NCBI GenBank assembly: GCA_965208675.1
Contig: OZ242351.1
Span: forward strand, 768,001 to 832,000
DNA length: 64,000 bases
Direction: 5' to 3'
From: Candidatus Poribacteria bacterium
GTDB lineage: Bacteria; Poribacteria; WGA-4E; PCPOR2b
Position numbers and translations under genes: made by a program. Shown in pieces: positions 55,806-64,000 of this stretch. Below the pieces are notes generated by a model. The model saw only the letters and a program-made list of their open reading frames with translations. It made no database searches and was not told the origin of the DNA. Position 1 is the first letter of the stretch. Each line of letters begins with the position of its first letter.

Positions 55806-58696
55806 ATGCAACAATCCAAGTTAATAAATATTGTGTTATTAGTCGTGATTTTGACGGTAGCTGGGCTGATGGCGCCGGTACAATCCGCCGCCCAGACCAT
55901 GACCGATTCAGATACTCAATCCAGTGATGCATTCGACGATTCGGGCATGGATGCCGCGTCCGATACCGGGGATGCCATGGAGGACATGACCGATCACTCG
56001 TCAGAAATCATCGAACTGGAACAGGTATCCGTCACAGCCTCCCGACGCAGGGAAAAGGTGCTTGAAGCGCCGGCGTCAGTTGCCGTGGTGGGGTCTACCC
56101 AAATCAAAGATCGAGTCACGTCAACCCTGTCCGAACACGTAAAGTCTGTGCGCGGCGTAGACCTTGCTAAGACAGGATTGGGAGCGTCGCATGTCGTTGT
56201 GCGCGGCTTCAATAACGTCTTCTCAGGGACGCTGCTGTCGCTCGTTGACAACCGAATTGCCCGCGTTCCTTCGCTGCGTTTGAACGCTTACACGCTCATC
56301 CCGACTTCGAACGAGGATATTGAACAGATTGAAGTCGTCTCGGGCCCTGGCGCCGCGCTCTACGGCCCTAACAGCGCCAACGGCGTCATGCACATCCTTA
56401 CGAAATCTCCTTTCAACTCGCAAGGAACCACCGTCAGCATCGGCGGCGGCGAGCGGAGCGTGCTCCTGGGGTCGCTTCGGCACGCTGGCGTAATCAATGA
56501 AAATATCGGGTACAAGTTTTCTGCCAACGCATTCCGAGGTGATGACTGGGAAGAGGGACGCGCGGAAGCTGATTTAAACGGCGTAAAACCGCCCGAGTTT
56601 GATACCTATAGAGCTGGCGGTGACTTTCGCGTTGATTACCGCCCGACTAGCGACCTAACGACGATTGTTGCAAGTGGTTTTACCCAAACGACGGGTTTGG
56701 AAATGACTGGCATCGGCGCCGGGCAAGCCAAGAACTGGACTTACGGCTACGTCCAAGGCCGCCTCATCTACAGAGACCTTTTCGCACAAGCCTTTTGGAA
56801 CCGCAGCGACGCCGGGGATACCTACACGCTACGGGCAGGCGACCCAATTATCGACAATTCCGATTTGTATGTGGGACAGATTCAACACGGATACAGCTTG
56901 GGTGAGAATCAGCGGTTCACGTATGGCTTGGATTTATTGCTGACCCGCCCGGATACTGAAGGCTCAATCAACGGACGCAACGAGGACAATGACAACGTCA
57001 ACGAGGTCGGCGCTTACTTGCAGTCGGAAACTAAAATTCTTCCCGAGTTAAAGTTCATCGCCGCCGCGCGTGTTGATGACCACAACCACCTCAATGACCT
57101 CGTGCTTTCGCCGCGTGCGGCGCTCGCCCTTCAGCCAAACGATAACCACAACATCAGACTGACCTACAACCGCGCCTTCAGCACACCGTCTTCCTCGAAC
57201 CTATTCCTTGATGTCGTGTCGATTCCTGACGCATTCGGCTTAGGCGCCGCATTCCAACCCGCGTTGGGATTCAGCCCGGCAATCGATATTCGCGCGCAGG
57301 GGGTAAGCAGTGAAACCGGATTTACCTTCAAAAGGAGTGCGGACGGGCGGCCGGAATTTCGATCGCCATTCTCAGCGGCTGCAAATCTACCTGCCGACCA
57401 ATACATTCCGCTTGACGACCCTGTTTTTACCAACGTCATGTGGAGTGTCGGCAGATCCGCAATCTTGAGTGAAGCACAGCCCATGTTTGAAGCCGGGTTA
57501 AAGCAGGCGTTCACTCCTGAAACCCTGCCGCAATTACTGCAAAGCCAGTCGCCGGCGCAGATTGAGGGCATCGTGTCAACGCTGCCGGCAGAAGTGACGC
57601 AGCTTCTACCGCCGGCATTTCAACAGCCAGGTGCTATCGCGGCCTTACCTCCCGAAATCTTACAGCCGCTCATTCCCCAAGTGCTTGCGTCGTTGCCGGC
57701 GCCAGTGGTTGAAGGACTCACTGCTTCTCTCATCGCCGACCTGTCTGCCGGTTTTGCGAACGCCGTACCGGCACAGGTTTCAGGCGTGAAAAACTCCCTG
57801 CTTGCGCTAAATCCGGAAACAGAGGAATTTGAGCCGATTGCGGACGTAAACGACGTTGACCCCATTACTCCAACGATTACACAAACGTATGAAATGGGTT
57901 ACAAAGGGATTCTGATGGATAAAATCGCGTTCTCCGCTGACGTGTATCACACAAGAATTAACGATTTTATCGGTCCCTTGGTGGTTGAAACGCCCAACGT
58001 ATTCTTGGATGCAAATACATTAGGTGCTTCCATCGCCCAACAACTCACCGAGACGTTGAACGATCCGAAAAACGCATTGCTCAACCAAGCGTTGCTCGCA
58101 TTCGACTCGCCGGCACAAGGTGGAAATGGCGATGGTTCAGCCGTCGATGAGTTGACGAAGTTGTTCGTCGCGGGCACCGATAACAACGGCGCCGCGTTCA
58201 TTCCCTTGGCACCGTGTCCCCCGATCAGGCGGGCGATCCGAACGCAGTGATGCTTACCTATCGTAACTACGGCGACATCTCGCTTAACGGAACCGATCTG
58301 AGCCTAACGTATTATCTCAATCACAGCTTGAGTGTGACTGGAAATTACTCGTTCGTCAGCAAGGACCTGTTTGAGACCGATATCCGCAACATCGCCCTAA
58401 ACGCGCCAAAGAATAAGTTCGGCGCAAATGTCCAATACCTCAACCCCGATTTAGGTCTTGGCGCTGGCGTCGCGATGCGCTATGTCGCTGGATTTCCGAT
58501 GAACTCCGGTGTCTATATCGGTGACGTTGAGTCGTATTACACCATTGATGTTAGTGCGGGATACGATTTACCGTTCGGTCCAAAACCGCGCCTGTCGCTG
58601 ACCGTACAAAACCTTCTGGACAAAATGCACCAGCAATTTGTCGGCGCCCCGTACATTGGCCGCCTGTCAATGTTGCGCTTGACACAGACATTTTAA
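55806..58696 (+). pseudogene. TonB-dependent receptor with a single-base frameshift near 58206 (true lesion or sequencing error)
   Basis: TonB box EQVSVTASRR; plug DIEQIEVVSGPGAALYG.N. The second frame (58214-58696) supplies the barrel end ...VQNLLD...RLTQTF. Adding one base at CCC-TT-GGC (e.g. T, giving FIPFGTVSP) joins the frames. Confidence 0.85.
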
Positions 58697-58868
58697 CAAT
58701 AGGCTTAACTGAGTCGAGATTTTGGGGTGACCGGGTTAGAATTGGCAAATTCGATAATAAATTTCCCTTTAGTTTGCCAAGAATTTGCTCCAATTTTCCT
58801 GTTGTTGGAATAGCATGGGGATTTCCCAAAATTTTGTTGCAGCCGAATTTTACCTTCAACCCATGCAC

Positions 58869-58931
58869 AGAAACCGAGTTTATTTCAATCCTGAAGCTAC
58901 GAGAACTTCATCGTGTATAAACTCGGTTTCT
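58869..58931. repeat. Intergenic 15-bp perfect inverted repeat
   Basis: AGAAACCGAGTTTAT ... ATAAACTCGGTTTCT. Confidence 0.6.
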
Positions 58932-59112
58932 CTCAAATTTTTGCAGGACGCTGCTCCTCCTTAAAACGCGTTGTCGTTCAACTGTCGGCAGTCGGATGTC
59001 GTCCTATATTAGTGCGACTTTTACGGCTAGAGTCTGCCCGCCTTGCACCGTGGCTCCGTCAACGTTGAAGAATTAAAATGCCGCAAAAATCAATTGCAAA
59101 AGGAGGCAGCCC

Positions 59113-62100
59113 TTGAAAAAGTTTGTCCTGATTGTACTCGCCGCCCTAGCCTTTCCACAAGTCAACTCTACGCAAAGCACCACTGACCACTCCGCGCTCG
59201 AACCCATACAATCTGCACTACAGTCAAAGCGTTTCAAGGATGCAGTACACCTCATTGATACTGCATTGACGACGGCAGAGAATCAACGAGACTATCTGCT
59301 TTATCTCAAGGGTCTCGCGCTGTTCTATAACGGTGATTACAGGGGCGCAATTGAGACGTGCGTCCAATTCATTCAGGATCACCCTGATTCCACGTGGTTG
59401 AGGAAAGCAACGTTCCTTCAAGCCCAGTGTCATCTCAAACTGAAGGAATTTAAACAGGCTGAAGCAATCTACAGTAAAGAGGTTAGTCGGCTTCTCTCAT
59501 CAAGACGCAAATCGGAAATTGCCCAAATTTACATTCAGCTTGCCGAAACCTTCGCGCACAAACCCGATGACGCAGACCTCGACGCCCGCCAGCCGAACTA
59601 TCAGAAAGCGTATGAACTGTATCAAAAAGTTTTGGCGTTAGAGGTTGACCGTAACCTTCGCAAAACGGCTACCTTCCAACTCGGACGCATGATGCAGCTG
59701 CAGGAGAAATACGCACAAGCCGTTGTTGACTACGAAGCCTACCTTACACAGTTTGATCCCAATTTTCAGCGCCCGGCCGCTTTGCCAATGCCTTCAAAGA
59801 AGAGCAAAACGCCCGATGGCCGCCGCTATCAGGCTCATTACCATCTAGCGGAATGCCAGATAGCCTTGAATCAGCACCTACAGGCGCGATTGACGCTTGA
59901 GAACATATTAAAACCGGCCGAATTTGAAACGAAAGAACTACAGCCTCTCATTAAAAACGCTCGCTTCCTGTTGACCCGGACCTACCACTTCCCTAACCCC
60001 AAGTCAAACAAAGAGTTGGAGCTAGGCGTACAATCTGCCCGAAGGTTTCAGGAGCAGTTTCCGCGTGACCCGCGCTCAATGACACTAGCGCACGAAATCG
60101 GTGAGGCATATCGGATGCGGCATCGAAGCGAGGAAGCGCTCGCTGCGTACCAAGACGTTATCGACGGAAAGGGCTTCAAAGTAACCCAAAAGAAGCGGCA
60201 ATTTTCAAATCCCAACAATCAAGATTACCATCACCTCCGTATGTCCTCCGCATTTCAAATCGGGAGTATTCTGTTCAAACAGCGAAAGTATAACAATGCA
60301 ATTGAAGCGTGGAATAGATACATTCGAGAGTTTCCCAATGGACCTGAATGGACCGACGCTCAACAGGGGATTGTAAAAGCCGAATTTCAAATTGCTGTAT
60401 CGCTCCTTGCCGGCGAAAAATACGAAGAAGCTGTGCGTGCGTTCGATACCTTCCAAGCAAAACACCCGCTGGATGAACGCGTGCGGCAGATAATGTTTAT
60501 TTATGGCCAAATTCACGCTCACAAATCCGAACATCAGCTCGCAATTACCGAGTGGGAAAAGCTCGTGAGCAAATTCCCGAACACGGAAGAATCGTCACTC
60601 GCGCTCTTTCGCATAGGGCAGACGTACGAACTACCATTGGGCGATCTTGAAAACGCGCTAGAATCTTACCGAAGGCTAACCTGGGGAAGCTGGCACGCTC
60701 GTGCGCAAGAGGTCATACGCCAGATGACAGAGAAGCACCTCCAACTTGTCACACCGCGCACGTTCCGTACGAATGAACCGACACACGTGCAAGTGTCTCT
60801 TCGCAATATCGAATCCCTCACGGTGAATCTCTACAAACTCAATCTTGAAGCCTACTGGCGCAAGATGTACGATGTGAACGGCGTGGAAGATCTCGATCTC
60901 GACTTGATCGAGCCGAACAAGACTTGGCAATACAGCGTTCCAAACTACGAGAAGTACAAGAGCTTGGAGTGCAATATCAACATTCCGTTTGCCGGTCCCG
61001 GCGTTTACGCGGTGCAACTCGGCGATGAGTCGCTGGAATCCACGACACTTCTTATCCGCAGCGATATCGAGACTATCACCAAGACATCCCGCCGCGAGGT
61101 ACTTGTATTCGTGCAAAATATGCTGAATGGCGAAGTGGTCGCCGATGCTAAGGTGCTTGTAAGCGACGGCTCAAGCGTAATCTTCGAAGGACGCACCGGA
61201 GCGGACGGTGTACTCCATGCAACTGAACCTGACATTTCGGATTTCGCATTGGTAGAGAACCAACTTAAGGATGCGAGTCAGGTGGCGGTATTCGTCGTCA
61301 AGGGTGGACACGTGGCCGCAGACGGGTTAGATATTTCAGGGCTTGGCTTCAGTAAAGGCTTGACGCCGCGCGGCTATATCTACACCGACCGCCCCGCATA
61401 CCGACCGGGAGAACGCGTTTCAATGCGCGGCATTATCCGTGATGTCAGCAATGGCGCGTACGTGGTACCGGACGGTGCACCATGTAACGTCTCAGTGATC
61501 GATGCACGCGGACGCCAAATCCATAAAGAGGAGGTCAAACTCTCTCAGTTTGGCGGGTTCGTCACGCAGTTGCAGCTTGACAATGCCGCCGCTGTCGGCG
61601 AATACCGCATCCGTGTGGCAGAATTCGACCCAGATGCAAAGCTAGAAATCTCAAGCCACACATTCACAGGTAACTTTCAAGTTCAGCGATTTCAACTCGA
61701 AAAGGTACAGTTGCTGCTCGATTTTCCACGCAGTGTCTACTTCCGCGGTGAACAGGTGAATGCTACCTTTACGGCACGATACTATTACGGCCAGCCGGTG
61801 AAGCACGCAAAAATTCAATACAAACTTCCAGATGGCCGGAGCTATACGGAAACCGCTGATAATCAGGGAAAACTGCAGGTCAATTTCGATACGACATCTA
61901 TGCAACCCGGCAAACCGCTTCATTTCAGCGGGACAGTTCCGGGTGAGAATGCCAGCGTTAAAACCTCCGTGACGCTTGCACATCTCGGATATTCAATTTC
62001 TGTGCAACCTGACGCTAAACTTGTTCTCTCCGGTGAACCGTTCGACGTAACATTACATACAAAAGGCGCTGATGGTCATCCGGTTGGCGAAAAATTAACC

Positions 62101-64000
62101 GTCAAAGTAGTACAAAAGCAGAGCAGCGGTCCCATTTCGCCGGTACTGTCGCAGATTCCTTGGATAAAAAAGGAAGGTGTGTCCGGTTCTGCCGAGATAA
62201 TCATCCAAGAACACAACCTGCAGACAGATTCCCAGACGGGCGCCGGTACAATTCAGTTGACGCTAAACACTGGAGGTGTTTTTACAGTCCGTGCCCATGG
62301 AGTAGATCGGTTCGGACAACCCGTCGTCGGCTCAAGCCGTGTCACCATATCCGATGAGGATGATGACACCAAACTCCGCATTTTCGCCGATCGTTCGAAA
62401 ACACAGGTCGGCGCTTCCGAAAGGCTTCGCATTCACTCGCGATTGAAACCCGTTCACACACTAATCACGTATGAAGGTGAAATTGTTATTGGATATGAAG
62501 TACGCTTGCTGAAAACGGGAAAAAATCGGCTTCAGTTCACAATCGGGCACCAACACTTCCCGGATTTTTACATTGGTGTGGCGGCAATTGACGATCGAAT
62601 CCTACACACCGCAAGGAAACGCTTCACCGTCGAAAGGCAACTAAATTTATCCGTGACTTGGATGGATAGCAATCCGATTCACGGCTCCAATCAGACTCTT
62701 CCCGGCTATCTGCCCGGTGACGATGCGAAAATCCAAGTCCGCGCTACCGATCAACTTGGTCAGCCGGTCAAGGCTGAATTTTCTCTCGCGCTCGTGGACG
62801 AAGCCCTGTTCGCCGTCTACAAAGATGGCGTCATGAACATTAACGATTTCTTCCAGAAAGGACTCCGACGCCATGCATCCATGCGCACTGCTTCAAGCTG
62901 CGCCTTTCTTTACGCTCCCGACACACGTCACGTCATTAAGGAAATACTTGCAGAGGAACAACGGCTTGAAAAAACCTTCGTCAGTGCTGCGAAGATGAGC
63001 GGCGCGGTTATTGTCGAGGATGACGATGACAATGTACGGAAGCGCATGCGCATGCGCAGACGCGTTCGCAAGCCAGTAATTAAAGATCTTCGCCCAGCAC
63101 TTGCTGAACCGAAAGTGCGGGAAGAATCCACCTACGCCGGTTTTTGGATTGGAACCTTCATCACGGACGATGCGGGTTTGGCAACGTTAACCGTCCCGAT
63201 GCCAGAAAAGACGACGAAATGGCGGCTGACTGCGCGTGGATCCACCGTTGATACACTCGTTGGACAAGTCAGTGTGAACGCCATTACGCGGAAAGATTTC
63301 TTCCTCGACGTTCGCACCCCGGCATTTGTTACCGAAGGTGATGAGATTCGATTAGGTATCCGACTCCATAATATCACCGACTATAGTGGAGAAGCCGACG
63401 TTCAACTCAAGCTGTCAATTGGCGAATCGCAGCCGGTGTACCGAGACCACAAAAGAACTACGATTACTGCCAAAGACACGGCAGAGCTAATCTTCGACAG
63501 GTTCACCATTCCCGCTGGAAACCTGCACGCTGACCCACATCCAAGCCAACTCACCATTGAAGCGACGGCAACTGCGGGTTCATTGAGTGATGGAGTTCGG
63601 CGCACAATTCCGATTCGTCCGTGGGGGCTGGAATACACCGATACCCAGAGCGGAACGGCGGCTAGCAACAGAACCGTTTACGTCCAACTCTCGTCTGATT
63701 TACACTACACGCAGAAGGGACTCACTATCAATATTGGTCCGAGTGTCTCGCGGCTAATCTATGATCTCGCTCTCAACCACTATCCCCGACCATACCAGAG
63801 TGGGTCTATCAGACGTCCCGTCATCATACCCAGTGATTCTGGCAGCGACCTACTTGCTGTGGCGTCCGCTCTCGACTATCAAAAAAAGGTGGGCGACAAT
63901 CCAACCGATAATCGCAGCTTGCTCGCGCGCGCACGGACGCTCGTCAGCCGACTCGTAACAACACAAAATGACGACGGCGGGTGGAGTCTGGTTCGAGGCA
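59113..64000 (+). CDS. Large TPR-containing bacterial alpha-2-macroglobulin family protein (truncated by window edge)
   Basis: AGGAGG RBS before TTG 59113; frame appears open to the edge (absent from the ORF track because no stop). Signal peptide, many TPRs, YTDRPAYRPGE, SLALVDEALF, MPEKTTKWRLTARG, QNDDGGWS. Confidence 0.9.
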   Translation, partial: MKKFVLIVLAALAFPQVNSTQSTTDHSALEPIQSALQSKRFKDAVHLIDTALTTAENQRDYLLYLKGLALFYNGDYRGAIETCVQFIQDHPDSTWLRKATFLQAQCHLKLKEFKQAEAIYSKEVSRLLSSRRKSEIAQIYIQLAETFAHKPDDADLDARQPNYQKAYELYQKVLALEVDRNLRKTATFQLGRMMQLQEKYAQAVVDYEAYLTQFDPNFQRPAALPMPSKKSKTPDGRRYQAHYHLAECQIALNQHLQARLTLENILKPAEFETKELQPLIKNARFLLTRTYHFPNPKSNKELELGVQSARRFQEQFPRDPRSMTLAHEIGEAYRMRHRSEEALAAYQDVIDGKGFKVTQKKRQFSNPNNQDYHHLRMSSAFQIGSILFKQRKYNNAIEAWNRYIREFPNGPEWTDAQQGIVKAEFQIAVSLLAGEKYEEAVRAFDTFQAKHPLDERVRQIMFIYGQIHAHKSEHQLAITEWEKLVSKFPNTEESSLALFRIGQTYELPLGDLENALESYRRLTWGSWHARAQEVIRQMTEKHLQLVTPRTFRTNEPTHVQVSLRNIESLTVNLYKLNLEAYWRKMYDVNGVEDLDLDLIEPNKTWQYSVPNYEKYKSLECNINIPFAGPGVYAVQLGDESLESTTLLIRSDIETITKTSRREVLVFVQNMLNGEVVADAKVLVSDGSSVIFEGRTGADGVLHATEPDISDFALVENQLKDASQVAVFVVKGGHVAADGLDISGLGFSKGLTPRGYIYTDRPAYRPGERVSMRGIIRDVSNGAYVVPDGAPCNVSVIDARGRQIHKEEVKLSQFGGFVTQLQLDNAAAVGEYRIRVAEFDPDAKLEISSHTFTGNFQVQRFQLEKVQLLLDFPRSVYFRGEQVNATFTARYYYGQPVKHAKIQYKLPDGRSYTETADNQGKLQVNFDTTSMQPGKPLHFSGTVPGENASVKTSVTLAHLGYSISVQPDAKLVLSGEPFDVTLHTKGADGHPVGEKLTVKVVQKQSSGPISPVLSQIPWIKKEGVSGSAEIIIQEHNLQTDSQTGAGTIQLTLNTGGVFTVRAHGVDRFGQPVVGSSRVTISDEDDDTKLRIFADRSKTQVGASERLRIHSRLKPVHTLITYEGEIVIGYEVRLLKTGKNRLQFTIGHQHFPDFYIGVAAIDDRILHTARKRFTVERQLNLSVTWMDSNPIHGSNQTLPGYLPGDDAKIQVRATDQLGQPVKAEFSLALVDEALFAVYKDGVMNINDFFQKGLRRHASMRTASSCAFLYAPDTRHVIKEILAEEQRLEKTFVSAAKMSGAVIVEDDDDNVRKRMRMRRRVRKPVIKDLRPALAEPKVREESTYAGFWIGTFITDDAGLATLTVPMPEKTTKWRLTARGSTVDTLVGQVSVNAITRKDFFLDVRTPAFVTEGDEIRLGIRLHNITDYSGEADVQLKLSIGESQPVYRDHKRTTITAKDTAELIFDRFTIPAGNLHADPHPSQLTIEATATAGSLSDGVRRTIPIRPWGLEYTDTQSGTAASNRTVYVQLSSDLHYTQKGLTINIGPSVSRLIYDLALNHYPRPYQSGSIRRPVIIPSDSGSDLLAVASALDYQKKVGDNPTDNRSLLARARTLVSRLVTTQNDDGGWSLVRG

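Noticed and set aside
59073-63958. Numerous short ORFs in the track over the last 5 kb, and antisense ORFs elsewhere
   Set aside because: They are shadows of long genes, here the alpha-2-macroglobulin frame starting at 59113.
1-64000. tRNA or rRNA genes
   Set aside because: None recognised in the intergenic regions by eye; tRNAscan-SE was not run.

Overview
This is a bacterial chromosomal window of roughly 50% GC. The many secreted LamG and PD40 proteins ending in a shared 'V.P..KL.TTW..LK' tail suggest Candidatus Poribacteria (inference). Left part: a DAACS symporter, an Aap/Bzt-type amino-acid ABC operon, aspS-hisS, a nucleotidyltransferase and a spermidine-synthase-like/TPR protein, plus IS5 and IS3 elements, remnants and MITEs. 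Middle: a 15-kb minus-strand block of LamG/PD40 secreted proteins surrounding a GH116/PfkB/Gfo-Idh-MocA/epimerase sugar-catabolism unit, followed by a degenerate pyrophosphatase, mtnA, an orphan E2 and an orphan cas6. Right part: a MoxR/vWA/DUF58/ABC cluster interrupted by a secreted MTA nucleosidase fusion and a GmrSD nuclease, then a frameshifted TonB receptor and a large TPR-alpha-2-macroglobulin running off the edge. The main candidates for novelty are: (1) a hidden gene at 53924-54601 with two in-frame UGA codons (UxxU) followed by a SECIS-like hairpin, i.e. a probable double-selenocysteine secreted beta-barrel protein; (2) the same ~70-aa domain inserted in frame into both AspRS and an unrelated membrane protein; (3) a shared C-terminal putative sorting signal on nine ORFs, including a mini-gene that is little more than signal peptide plus tail; (4) a standalone divergent Cas6 with no CRISPR array in the window. 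All calls come from manual reading; no database searches were run.
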